64,000 nt of DNA, from positions 12,648,001 to 12,712,000 of the forward strand of contig OZ024764.1 in the NCBI GenBank assembly GCA_964016885.1, given 5' to 3'. Source of the stretch: Eledone cirrhosa (taxonomy: Eukaryota). A program made the position numbers and the translations under genes. How positions within the stretch are numbered: position 1 is the stretch's first letter; each line of letters begins with the position of its first letter. This document shows, piece by piece, positions 45,625 to 61,054 of this stretch. The notes under the pieces were generated by a model that saw only the letters and a program-made list of their open reading frames with translations, was not told the DNA's origin and searched no databases.

Positions 45625-45815
45625 AAGGTGGTGGATTGGCAGTATCGGTAGAGGGTCGGACGCCATGCTTTCCAGCGTAGCTACGTGCCTTTACGATCTG
45701 AGTTCAAATCCCGCCGAGGTTGACTTTGCCTTTCATCCTTACGGGGTCGATAAAATAAAGTACCAGTAATGCACTGGGATGATTGCTGGCCTTGTGCCTA
45801 AAGTAGAAACAATTA
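45625..45815 (+). mobile_element. SINE-B, full length
   Basis: Matches 20364-20557. Confidence 0.88.
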
Positions 45816-45947
45816 TATATATTTAGAAGATACAATGTTTTATGTGTAACATAAAGCAAAACATGTCTAATTATAAATAGAAAAATGTATAATTATTTCC
45901 TGATATGCTGGTAGACAAACGAACTGGATAGATCGGTGACCACCAGG

Positions 45948-46013
<66 letters not shown>

Positions 46014-46017
<4 letters not shown>

Positions 46018-46414
46018 AGGGCAATCCCAAAAGTAAGGTCTCCTTCCGATATTGCAACTGTTCCGTTAAAATCCTGTGGATGGTGCTTCGGGAAACCTCA
46101 GGAACCAAAATGCAGAGAGCATCCAGAGTGATCCGCCGATCTTTACGCATGTTTTCCTCGGAAGGAGACCTTACTTTTGGGATTGCCCTCGTATATAATA
46201 ACTGCGCGAAATTCGCACTTGGCTGCGGTAGCGTTCAACGGGAGCTCCATTCTCAACGGCTGCCAAGCGAAGTTTGAGCATCCCAGCGAAGCGCGCACCT
46301 GCTTGTTTGGGAGTGAAGGAAGCACCAATCACAACAGTGTTGCCAACAGCCGTACGAACAGTTTCTCTGCGTCCCCATCGCTTTGGAGACCTTACTTTTG
46401 GGACTACCCTCCTA
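46014..46414 (-). mobile_element. Rearranged mariner remnant with three TIRs
   Basis: TIR TAC(G/A)AGGGCAATCCCAAAAGTAAGGTCTCC at about 46014-46043 and 46164-46193, diverged at 46385-46414; minus-strand transposase pieces MELPLNATAAKCEFRAVI and DRRITLDAL..VSRSTIHRILTEQLQYRK. Confidence 0.85.
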
Positions 46415-46419
46415 TATAT

Positions 46420-46598
46420 AACAAAGAGGGTGTGGTAAGAAGCCAGGTGGACCATAATGCACCAGAGTATTTGGTACTTAGGGTAGTAGAGTGGGTAATA
46501 GGAAAACAGTCAGGACCCCAACGGCTGAGCCCCTGCCCTTTCGACAGCTAATCCAAACTGTTTGGAGCCCAGTTGTCGGGGTCCTGACTTTTTACCTA
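46420..46598. mobile_element. Diverged fold-back remnant related to 36651-36868
   Basis: Shared tail acaaag..tgtggtaag..ccag.tggaccata..tacttagggtagtagagtggg; IR agtcaggacccc/ggggtcctgact. Confidence 0.5.
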
Positions 46599-46722
46599 TA
46601 TATATATATATATATATGTGTGAATGAAGTAATTCTGTCGGAAAAGTCCAGGAAAAAAGAGTGCTCTATGTCGGTAACAGAGCTTTATTATTATTATGTA
46701 ATAAACAACATAAGGCAATTAT

Positions 46723-46780
46723 TCCATTTACCAGTGGTTTCTTAAAAGCAAAAGGTTTGGCTTTCAATCCTCAGAATGAA
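46723..46780 (-). ncRNA. Type I hammerhead ribozyme motif (antisense twin)
   Basis: Reverse complement of 46798-46855 with one stem II substitution. Confidence 0.7.
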
Positions 46781-46797
46781 AAAAAAACAAGGATTTT

Positions 46798-46855
46798 TTC
46801 ATTCTGAGGATTGAAAGCAAAACCTTTTGCTTTTAAGAAACCACTGGTAAATGGA
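46798..46855 (+). ncRNA. Type I hammerhead ribozyme motif
   Basis: Stem I UUCAUU/AAUGGA; CUGAGGA 46804-46810; 11-bp stem II UUGAAAGCAAA/UUUGCUUUUAA; GAAA; stem III CC-acu-GG; GUA triplet ending 46849. Confidence 0.75.
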
Positions 46856-46885
46856 ATAATTGCCTTATGTTGTTTATTACATAAT

Positions 46886-46917
<32 letters not shown>

Positions 46918-46944
46918 GGTTTTCCTCGTTTATCTTTATGCCAG

Positions 46945-47037
46945 ATGCCGAATATTTTTTATGTAAGCTGACGGTAACTGATTTAGGAGCCGCAGAAACC
47001 AAAAAGCTGGAATTTACCACCCTTCTAGCGGGTCCGG
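46945..47037 (+). CDS. Candidate 93-nt phase-1/phase-1 internal exon of an unidentified host gene
   Basis: Pyrimidine-rich tract plus CAG acceptor, G|GTAAAG donor, open frame (D)AEYFLCKLTVTDLGAAETKKLEFTTLLAGP, non-repetitive; no partner exons found. Confidence 0.3.
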
Positions 47038-47192
47038 GTAAAGATTTTTCATTCATTTATATTATTAATTGTCTGACCCGAATTTTCTTGGTCGTTTTTT
47101 TCGACTGTGCGAGTGATTTTAAGCATTGTCTCTGTGTGTTGGTATTTTAACGTTAGTTATAGCTCTGGTTTATCCAAACTATTGAGCCCATA

Positions 47193-47313
47193 GTGAAGGC
47201 GTGTGGCTGAGTGGTTAGAGAATTGGATTCGCAATTGTAAGGTTGTGAGTTCGATTCCTGGACCAGATAATGCGTTATGTCCTTGAGCAAGACACTTTAT
47301 TTCACGTTGCTCC
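47193..47313 (+). mobile_element. Diverged SINE-A-related tRNA head
   Basis: tggctgagtggttagag..gagttcgattcc..ccttgagcaagacactttatttcac. Confidence 0.8.
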
Positions 47314-47494
47314 TTCTACTTGGAGTTGCGACCGATAGATAGTATTAGCAATTGGAAAGACCAACGGAAACATTGTTCCCTCGGTCCGATTTGACGAAAG
47401 TCGATCGTTCCTTTTATTGAGCCCTTTGCCACGCATTTCGAAGATTGTGTTTCGTTATTTCGTGGGCCGAGATTCCGATTCTCGATATATATAT

Positions 47495-47613
47495 AACAAA
47501 GGAATTGTGGTAAGGAACCAGATGAACCATAACGCACCAGAGTACTCAATACTTGGGAAATAGGAAATAGCCGTCAAAACGGCTTGAGCCCTGCCATCGG
47601 GGTCTAACTTTTT

Positions 47614-47617
<4 letters not shown>
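47495..47617. mobile_element. Deleted fold-back remnant of the 36651-36868 family
   Basis: Same tail and same right arm, both flanked by (TA)n. Confidence 0.55.
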
Positions 47618-47659
<42 letters not shown>

Positions 47660-48157
47660 CATACAAGAGTTGGAAAATCTCTATCTCTCACTCTCTCCCT
47701 CTCTCATCGTCAATGTAACCCCCTGAAGCCAATCAGTCCCACAGGAAACAACATCTGCCTTCATAAGTCATACCTACTTGATCTACTGGGGTAGGGGGTT
47801 CAGTGCCCCCCCCCCCCCAACACAGACACATGTATACATAGGCACATACATATACATACATATACATACATATACATATACACACATGTATATATACATA
47901 TGCACACACATACATCGATACCCATATACATACATATATACATTCTTATGCACACACATACATAGATATAGATATATATATATAAATACATATGTAGACA
48001 CACATACATATATACACACACACACACGTTCATAGAAGCATATACACGTACACCCATACCAACATAGACGTACGTACACACACATATATACATACACATA
48101 CATACATATATACTTCCACAAATATACACACATATGTACACACACATATATACATAC

Positions 48158-48206
<49 letters not shown>

Positions 48207-48303
48207 TATGTACACACACGTTTACACACAGAAATATACACATACATACATATATATATACACATGTATACACACACAAATCTACACATACACATACACA
48301 CAA

Positions 48304-48334
<31 letters not shown>

Positions 48335-48945
48335 CATATATACACACATATATACACATATATACACATACATATACATACATACACATACACATACATA
48401 TATTCACATATATATATACACACATACACATACATATATACACATACATATACATACATATATACACATACATATACATATATACACACATACACATACA
48501 TATATACACATACATTACATATATACACATACACATACATATACATATATACACATACACATACATATATACACATACATTACATATATACACACATACA
48601 CATACATATATACACATACATATACACATATACACATACATATATACATACATATATACACATACACATATACACATACATATACACATATACACATACA
48701 TATATACATACATATATACACATACACATATACACATACATATACATATATACACATACACATACACATATACACATACATATATACACATACATATATA
48801 CACATACATATATACACATACATATATACACATACATATATACACATACATATATACACACATACAATCCTAACTAGAAATTAATTGTATCAAAAAGTAA
48901 TTAAGGGACACAGTTTGTCCAAATACTGCCTCCAGTTACTACTTC

Positions 48946-50858
48946 ATGTGTATATATGTATATATATATGTGTGTGTATATATGTGTATATATGTGTGTG
49001 TATATATATATATATATGTGTGTGTGTGTAAATATGTGTGTGTGTGTAAATATATGTGCGTGTATATATGTATATATATATATATATGTGTGTGTATATA
49101 TGTGTATATATGTGTGTGTATATATATATATATATGTGTGTGTGTGTAAATATGTGTGTGTGTGTAAATATATGTGCGTGTATATATGTATATATATATA
49201 TATATGTGTGTGTATATATGTGTATATATGTGTGTGTATATATATATATATATGTGTGTGTGTGTAAATATGTGTGTGTGTGTAAATATATGTGCGTGTA
49301 TATATGTATATATATATGTGTGTGTATATATGTATATATATGTGTGTGTGTGTGTAAATATATGTGCGTGTATATATGTATATATATGTGTGTGTGTGTA
49401 AATATATGTGCGTGTATATATGTATATATATATATATGTGTGTGTGTGTAAATATATGTGCGTGTATATATGTATATATATGTGTGTGTGTGTAAATATA
49501 TGTGCGTGTATATATGTATATATATATATATGTGTGTGTGTGTGTAAATATATGTGCGTGTATATATATATATATGTGTTTGTGTGTGTAAATATATGTG
49601 TGTGTGTGTAAATATATGTGCGTGTATATATGTATATATATATATATATGTGTGTGTGTAAATATATGTGCGTGTATATATGTATATATATATATATGTG
49701 TGTGTGTGTAAATATATGTGCGTGTATATATGTATATATATATATATATGTGTGTGTGTGTAAATATATGTGCGTGTATATATGTATATATATATGTGTG
49801 TGTGTGTAAATATATGTACGTGTATATATGTATATATATATATGTGTGTGTGTGTAAATATATGTGTGTGTATATATGTATATATGTGTGTGTGTGTAAA
49901 TATGTGTGTGTGTGTAAATATATGTGCGTGTATATATGTATATATATATGTGTGTGTGTGTGTGTAAATATATGTGCGTGTATATATGTATATATATGTG
50001 TGTGTGTGTAAATATATGTGCGTGTATATATGTATATATATATGTGTGTGTGTGTGTGTAAATATATGTGCGTGTATATATGTATATATATATGTGTGTG
50101 TGTGTGTAAATATATGTGCGTGTATATATGTATATATATATGTGTGTGTGTGTAAATATATGTGCGTGTATATATGTATATATATATGTGTGTGTGTGTG
50201 TGTAAATATATGTGCGTGTATATATGTATATATATATATGTGTGTGTGTGTAAATATATGTGCGTGTATATATGTATATATATATGTGTGTGTGTGTAAA
50301 TATATGTGCGTGTATATATGTATATATATATGTGTGTAAATATATGTGCGTGTATATATGTATATATATATGTGTGTGTGTGTGTGTAAATATATGTGCG
50401 TGTATATATGTATATATATATATGTGTGTGTGTGTGTAAATATATGTGCGTGTATATATGTATATATATATATGTGTGTGTGTAAATATATGTGCGTGTA
50501 TATATGTATATATATATGTGTGTAAATATATGTGCGTGTATATATGTATATATATATGTGTGTGTGTGTGTGTAAATATATGTGCGTCTATATATGTATA
50601 TATATGTGTGTGTAAATATATGTGCGTGTATATATGTATATATATATGTGTGTGTGTGTAAATATATGTGCGTGTATATATGTATATATATATGTGTGTG
50701 TGTGTAAACATATGTGCGTGTATATATGTATATATATGTGTGTGTGTGTGTAAATATATGTGCGTGTATATATGTATATATATATATGGGTGTGTGTGTA
50801 AATATATGTGCGTGTATATATGTATATATATATGTGTGTGTAAATATAAGTGTGTGTA

Positions 50859-50901
<43 letters not shown>

Positions 50902-50930
50902 AAATATATGTGCGTGTATATATGTATATA
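48946..50930. repeat. Minisatellite gtaaatatatgtgcgtgtatatatgt-(AT)n-(GT)n, 44-54 bp unit, about 40 copies
   Basis: Direct reading. Confidence 0.92.
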
Positions 50931-51374
50931 TTTATGTATATGAATGTATATATATATATATGAATATGAATGTGTATATATATATATGAATGTATATAAA
51001 TATATATATATATGAATATATATGAATGTATATATATATATATATATGCACATTTGTGTACATATATATTAAATATTTATTTATTCATATATATATATAT
51101 GTATATATACATATATATATACTTATGTGTGTATATATATATATATACATATATCTATATATGTGTATATATATATATACTCACAACCACAAATCCTCTG
51201 CTTAACCCTTAAAAATACAGGGTCAAAACATGTAGTAAGTCAAGCCAGATCCCCTTGTCCCCTCCCCAGGGGATGAAGGGGTGGTGGTGGTGCTGGAGGG
51301 CAATAGTGGTGTACCTTATAAATAAGTCATATCAGAACTGAACAACACCCCTTGTCTGAAGGACTTACAGACAG

Positions 51375-51419
<45 letters not shown>

Positions 51420-52399
51420 TACATACATACACTGACACTGACATACACACTGAGGTACACATACAGACACATACAGACATACACAGACACACACAGACAT
51501 ATACACTGCCACATACACACATACATACACAGACATTTACAGACATATAGACATACACTGACATACACATTGCCACATACACTGACATACATATACAGAC
51601 ATATAGACATACACATACATACACAGATATATACACACTGACATACAGACATACACACTGCCACATACACTGACATACACATACATACATACACAGACAG
51701 ACATATAGACATACACTGACATACACACTGCCACATACACTGACATACATATACAGACATATACATACATACACACTGCCACATACACATACATACACAG
51801 ACATATAGACATACACAGACATACACACTGCCACATACACTGCCACATACACTGACATACACACTGCCACATACACTGACATACATACACATACAGACAT
51901 ATACATACACATATAGACATACACATACATACACACTGCCACATACACTGACATACATATACAGACATATACATACACAATGCCACATACACTGACATAC
52001 ACATACAAACATATAGACATACACACACATACACATGCCAGCACACACATACACACATACAGTGGCAGGCTGACACACACGCCGACACATACAGCCATAC
52101 TGACACACATACACAGAAACACACACACATACACACAGAGGAGCTCACGCAGATGGACAATGACACATACACACACACACGTGGACACTGACACATACAG
52201 TGCACATACACACACACAAACAAACACACGTGGTCACATACACATACACACACATAGCACACGCACACGTGGACACTGACACATACACATACACACAGAG
52301 CACACACACACGCGGACACTGATACACACACACACATACACGTGGTCACTGACACATACACATACACACACACGCGGACACTGACACATAGACATACAC

Positions 52400-55300
52400 A
52401 CACACAGAGCAGAACACAAACACTGCCACACACACACACACACACGTGGTCACTGACACATAGACATACACACGCACAGAGCAGAACACAAACACTACCA
52501 CACACACACACACGTGGTCACTGACACATAGACATACACACGCACAGAGCAGAACACAAACACTACCACACACACACACACACACACGTGGTCACTGACA
52601 CATAGACATACACACGCACAGAGCAGAACACAAACACTACCACACACACACACACGTGGTCACTGACACATAGACATACACACGCACAGAGCAGAACACA
52701 AACACTACCACACACACACACACACACACGTGGTCACTGACACATAGACATACACACGCACAGAGCAGAACACAAACACTACCACACACACACACACACG
52801 TGGTCACTGACACATAGACATACACACGCACAGAGCAGAACACAAACACTACCACACACACACACACACACACGTGGTCACTGACACATAGACATACACA
52901 CGCACAGAGCAGAACACAAACACTAACACACACACACACACACACACACGTGGTCACTGACACATAGACATACACACGCACAGAGCAGAACACAAACACT
53001 ACCACACACACACACACACGTGGTCACTGACACATAGACATACACACGCACAGAGCAGAACACAAACACTGCCACACACACACACACACACACACGTGGT
53101 CACTGACACATAGACATACACACGCACAGAGCAGAACACAAACACTACCACACACACACACACACACACGTGGTCACTGACACATAGACATACACACGCA
53201 CAGAGCAGAACACAAACACTGCCACACACACACACACGTGGTCACTGACACATAGACATACACACGCACAGAGCAGAACACAAACACTGCCCCCCCCACA
53301 CACACACACACACACGTGGTCACTGACACATAGACATACACACGCACAGAGCAGAACACAAACACTACCACACACACACACACACACACGTGGTCACTGA
53401 CACATAGACATACACACGCATAGAGCAGAACACAAACACTACCACACACACACACACACACACGTGGTCACTGACACATAGACATACACACGCATAGAGC
53501 AGAACACAAACACTACCACACACACACACACACACACGTGGTCACTGACACATAGACATACACACGCACAGAGCAGAACACAAACACTACCACACACACA
53601 CACACACACACGTGGTCACTGACACATAGACATACACACGCACAGAGCAGAACACAAACACTGCCACACACACACACACACACACACGTGGTCACTGACA
53701 CATAGACATACACACGCACAGAGCAGAACACAAACACTACCACACACACACACACACACACGTGGTCACTGACACATAGACATACACACGCACAGAGCAG
53801 AACACAAACACTGCCACACACACACACACGTGGTCACTGACACATAGACATACACACGCACAGAGCAGAACACAAACACTGCCCCCCCCACACACACACA
53901 CACACGTGGTCACTGACACATAGACATACACACGCACAGAGCAGAACACAAACACTACCACACACACACACACACACACGTGGTCACTGACACATAGACA
54001 TACACACGCATAGAGCAGAACACAAACACTACCACACACACACACACACACACGTGGTCACTGACACATAGACATACACACGCACAGAGCAGAACACAAA
54101 CACTACCACACACACACACACACACACGTGGTCACTGACACATAGACATACACACGCATAGAGCAGAACACAAACACTACCACACACACACACACACACA
54201 CGTGGTCACTGACACATAGACATACACACGCACAGAGCAGAACACAAACACTACCACACACACACACACACACACGTGGTCACTGATACATAGACATACA
54301 CACGCACAGAGCAGAACACAAACACTACCACACACACACACACACACACACACGTGGTCACTGACACATAGACATACACACGCACAGAGCAGAACACAAA
54401 CACTACCACACACACACACACACACACACACGTGGTCACTGACACATAGACATACACACGCACAGAGCAGAACACAAACACTACCACACACACACACACA
54501 CACACGTGGTCACTGACACATAGACATACACACGCACAGAGCAGAACACAAACACTACCACACACACACACACACACACGTGGTCACTGACACATAGACA
54601 TACACACGCACAGAGCAGAACACAAACACTGCCACACACACACACACACGTGGTCACTGACACATAGACATACACACGCATAGAGCAGAACACAAACACT
54701 ACCACACACACACACACACACACGTGGTCACTGACACATAGACATACACACGCACAGAGCAGAACACAAACACTACCACACACACACACACGTGGTCACT
54801 GACACATAGACATACACACGCACAGAGCAGAACACAAACACTACCACACACACACACGTGGTCACTGACACATAGACATACACACGCACAGAGCAGAACA
54901 CAAACACTACCACACACACACACACACACACACACGTGGTCACTGACACATAGACATACACACGCATAGAGCAGAACACAAACACTACCACACACACACA
55001 CACGTGGTCACTGACACATAGACATACACACGCACAGAGCAGAACACAAACACTACCACACACACACACACACACACACGTGGTCACTGACACATAGACA
55101 TACACACGCATAGAGCAGAACACAAACACTACCACACACACACACACACACACGTGGTCACTGACACATAGACATACACACGCACAGAGCAGAACACAAA
55201 CACTACCACACACACACACACGTGGTCACTGACACATAGACATACACACGCACAGAGCAGAACACAAACACTACCACACACACACACACACGTGGTCACT

Positions 55301-57095
55301 GACACATAGACATACACACGCACAGAGCAGAACACAAACACTACCACACACACACACACGTGGTCACTGACACATAGACATACACACGCACAGAGCAGAA
55401 CACAAACACTACCACACACACACACACACACACACGTGGTCACTGACACATAGACATACACACGCACAGAGCAGAACACAAACACTACCACACACACACA
55501 CACACACACGTGGTCACTGACACATAGACATACACACGCACAGAGCAGAACACAAACACTACCACACACACACACACACGTGGTCACTGACACATAGACA
55601 TACACACGCACAGAGCAGAACACAAACACTACCACACACACACACACACACACGTGGTCACTGATACATAGACATACACACGCACAGAGCAGAACACAAA
55701 CACTACCACACACACACACACACACACGTGGTCACTGACACATAGACATACACACGCACAGAGCAGAACACAAACACTACCACACACACACACACACACA
55801 CACACGTGGTCACTGACACATAGACATACACACGCACAGAGCAGAACACAAACACTACCACACACACACACACACACACGTGGTCACTGACACATAGACA
55901 TACACACGCACAGAGCAGAACACAAACACTACCACACACACACGTGGTCACTGACACATAGACATACACACGCACAGAGCAGAACACAAACACTGCCACA
56001 CACACACACACACGTGGTCACTGACACATAGACATACACACGCATAGAGCAGAACACAAACACTACCACACACACACACACACACACGTGGTCACTGACA
56101 CATAGACATACACACGCACAGAGCAGAACACAAACACTACCACACACACACACACGTGGTCACTGACACATAGACATACACACGCACAGAGCAGAACACA
56201 AACACTACCACACACACACACACACACACACGTGGTCACTGACACATAGACATACACACGCATAGAGCAGAACACAAACACTACCACACACACACACACA
56301 CACACGTGGTCACTGACACATAGACATACACACGCACAGAGCAGAACACAAACACTACCACACACACACACACACGTGGTCACTGACACATAGACATACA
56401 CACGCACAGAGCAGAACACAAACACTACCACACACACACACACACGTGGTCACTGACACATAGACATACACACGCACAGAGCAGAACACAAACACTACCA
56501 CACACACACACACACACACGTGGTCACTGACACATAGACATACACACGCACAGAGCAGAACACAAACACTACCACACACACACACACACACACACGTGGT
56601 CACTGACACATAGACATACACACGCATAGAGCAGAACACAAACACTACCACACACACACACACGTGGTCACTGACACATAGACATACACACGCACAGAGC
56701 AGAACACAAACACTACCACACACACACACACACACACACGTGGTCACTGACACATAGACATACACACGCATAGAGCAGAACACAAACACTACCACACACA
56801 CACACACACACACGTGGTCACTGACACATAGACATACACACGCACAGAGCAGAACACAAACACTACCACACACACACACACACGTGGTCACTGACACATA
56901 GACATACACACGCACAGAGCAGAACACAAACACTACCACACACACACACACACGTGGTCACTGACACATAGACATACACACGCACAGAGCAGAACACAAA
57001 CACTACCACACACACACACACACACACGTGGTCACTGACACATAGACATACACACGCACAGAGCAGAACACAAACACTGCCACACACACACACAT
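52400..57095 (+). repeat. Satellite array: constant core of about 54 bp plus variable (CA)n, about 65 copies
   Basis: Core cgtggtcactgacacatagacatacacacgcacagagcagaacacaaacactac. Confidence 0.96.
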
Positions 57096-57261
57096 GAACA
57101 GTGACACTGACACAACACAAAGAACAACAACAACAAGACAGTGACAGAACCCCAGCCCAGCCCCTACTGAACCCAATAGGTCCCTAAACCCCTTCAGGGT
57201 TGCCAGAAGTACTGGCAATAAAAATGAACAATAAAAATAACATTGACCCCACTGCAGCAGA

Positions 57262-58136
<875 letters not shown>

Positions 58137-58883
58137 CCATGTTTTTGAGGGTGGTGGGGTTATGATGTTGGTGGTGGTATGGTAGTAGTAGTGGTATGGT
58201 AGTGGTGGTGTTATGGTAGTGGTATGGTAGTGGTGGTGTTGTTATGGTGATGGTAGTGTTATGGTAGTGGTGGTGGTATGGTAGTGTTGGTGTTATGAAG
58301 GTAGTGGTGGTAGTAGGGTAGTGGTGGTGATATGACAGTGGTGTTGGTATGGTAGTGGTATGGTGGTGGTGTTCGCTGATGGTGGTGGTGGTGGTGGTGT
58401 TTTGGTTACACTCTTGTTGATAGCAGTGATGGTAGTGATCTTTGCAGTGGTGGCGGTGGTGGTGGTGGTGGTGTGGTTATGTTGATGGTGGTGGTTGTGT
58501 TAGGGCAGTGGTAGTAATGGTGGTAGCAGTGATGTTTGTCTGGTGGTGGTGTGGGTGTCGGTAATGATGCTAAGGGTATGAGGAGAATGTCTTTTTGGTG
58601 GAGGAAGTGACATACTCCCCTCCAGTTCCCCCCACTCAACAACCCACCCAGCCCTACTCTACACCACAACGGTCCCACCTTCCCATAGTCCCTTCTTGAC
58701 CAAGGGAGATTGCAAGTAGAATGGCCCTTGACAGGATAATCAGCCCCACCCCAAAACCTCCATACAGACCCCATAGACTTGATGGGGAGACATGGAGGGG
58801 GCTTGTAGTAGCCGGTTATTGTAGAGGGTAAAAAATAAAAAAATAACACTGCCCAGAAGTCGATTTAAGTGATTTTGCATGTG

Positions 58884-58938
<55 letters not shown>

Positions 58939-58981
58939 ATATATATACACATATGTGTATATATATATACACATATATACA

Positions 58982-59975
58982 GTCTAGGGAACTACTACCA
59001 CTGCTAGCTGCAAAAGGCTTCTCCCTCAGAATGAAAGGCAGACTGTATGATGCGTGTATCCGAACAGCAATGTTGCATGGTAGTGAGACCTTGGCGCTGA
59101 AGGTGGAAGACTTACGTAGATTAGAAAGAAACGAAGCCTGCATGCTCCGATGGATGTGTAACAGTAATATACGTGAACGACAAAGCATAAATGAATTGAG
59201 AGAGAGACTGAGCATAAGAGGAATCAAATGCTGTGTGCAGGAGAGGCGGTTGCGCTGGTATGGACATGTGATGCGTATGAAGGATGACAGCTGCATAAAA
59301 AGGTGCAGAGCACTAGAGGGTGATGGAAACGGCGGAGTGGGGAGACCCAAGATGACCTGGGATGAGGTGATAAAAGCCGACCTTACCCAATTACACCTCT
59401 CAAAGGAAATGACACACGACCGTGACTTCTGGCGTCACGCAGTAATACAGAGTACCCGACCTCCCATGGGTACAAGCTGAAGCATATAAACAATATGCCC
59501 CCACACCCCCCACCGCGAGGTGGTCGTGGAGGTGCCACGGCAAAAAGGCACCCAGCCCACACTGTAAAGTGGACGTGTAGGCGCCACGGCAAAAAGGCAC
59601 CCAGCCCACACTGTAAAGTGGTCGTGGAGGTGCCACAGCAAAAAAGCACCCAGCCCACACTGTAAAGTGGACGTGTAGGCGCCACGGCAAAAAAGCACCC
59701 AGCCCACACTGTAAAGTGGTCGTGGAGGTGCCACAGCAAAAAAACACCCAGCCCACACTGTAAAGTGGTCGTGGAGGTGCCACAGCAAAAAAACACCCAG
59801 CACTCACTGTAAATGAGGTTGGTGTTAGGAAGGGCATCCAGCTGTAGAAATCGAGCCAGAATCAGTTCCTGTATGAGCAAGGCATGGTCAGCCGACCAGA
59901 CACTGCCCACAACAGGACAACCCGTCTAACCCATGCTAGCGTGGAAGAACGGACGCAAAACGGTGATGATGATGA
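58982..59975 (+). mobile_element. RTE-2 LINE, 5'-truncated, open C-terminal ORF; 3'UTR contains SINE-A-type tandem units
   Basis: RELLPLL..KGRLYDACIRTAMLHGSET..MLRWMC..RRLRWYGHVMRM..GRPK.TW open to 59480; six 48-bp units 59520-59812; (GAT)n tail. Confidence 0.9.
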
Positions 59976-60022
59976 CACATGGGTGTATATATGTATGCGT
60001 GTGTATATATATATATATACAC

Positions 60023-60060
<38 letters not shown>

Positions 60061-60102
60061 GTGTGTATATATATATATACACATGGGTGTATATATGTAT
60101 GC

Positions 60103-60133
<31 letters not shown>

Positions 60134-60241
60134 CCAACAACACAAACAAAGCTGGGTGAGTTGCATTACATTGAGTGCTCTCCCTAATATTACATCGAGG
60201 TTGTGAACCAGTGGTGAACCAACAAACCTAAATATATATAT

Positions 60242-60299
<58 letters not shown>

Positions 60300-60305
60300 T
60301 GAATA

Positions 60306-60412
<107 letters not shown>

Positions 60413-60443
60413 TGAATATATATATATATATAAATATATATAT

Positions 60444-60851
60444 GAAAAACAAGGGGAGAAGAATACTGCATGGTTGCACATGGATTACATATTATAAAAT
60501 TAGTCCCTCATCAGTGATTTGCCAACCATCATTGGTATTTCATCGCATTAAAAATCAGATACCTCAGGTTGGTGCGAGCAATAACTAAAATAAGCTATTG
60601 GGACAAGTGAAACGTGTAAAGCGAGTGAGACAAGTAAACAACATAGAAGGAAAAGCAAACCGAAGGTTGGAAAAACAGCAAGCCACATGGTAGTTATCCG
60701 ATCAGCATAAGCTGGGTGAATTTCAAGAGCGGTCAGAGAAGCAGACCGTTCGCCGTGAATGAGGTGTGAGAAAGAAGGAACCCCACTACTAGCGAACGGG
60801 AGGAAGTGAGAAGGGGAGAAACAGAGAGTGAGTGAGTGGAAGTGCGAGGAA

Positions 60852-60855
<4 letters not shown>
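60444..60855 (-). mobile_element. Possible degraded Penelope-like 3' region
   Basis: Minus-strand cactgatgagggac (5' half of a hammerhead core only) near a (TA)n-abutting end. Confidence 0.3.
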
Positions 60856-60896
<41 letters not shown>

Positions 60897-60999
60897 TGAA
60901 TATATATATATATATATATATATAGTAATAATAATAAAATTGAAGACTAAAATCCAAAGAGGGCTCGATAAGGAAAATATATATCAAATATATATTTTA

Positions 61000-61042
<43 letters not shown>

Positions 61043-61054
61043 TAAATATATATA

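Larger units (their letters stand above)
46620..46890. mobile_element. Fold-back Penelope-like remnant with two back-to-back hammerheads
   Basis: Near-perfect IR of about 95 bp, 46688-46784/46794-46890, plus one-sided tail. Confidence 0.7.

Noticed and set aside
48939-51053. 704-aa ORF and the many other Y/I/H/T/V/C-rich ORFs
   Set aside because: Translations of (TA)n/(CA)n repeats that lack stop codons by composition
52400-57095. CRISPR-like constant repeat with variable spacers
   Set aside because: Spacers are only (CA)n of varying length, there are no cas genes, and the context is eukaryotic
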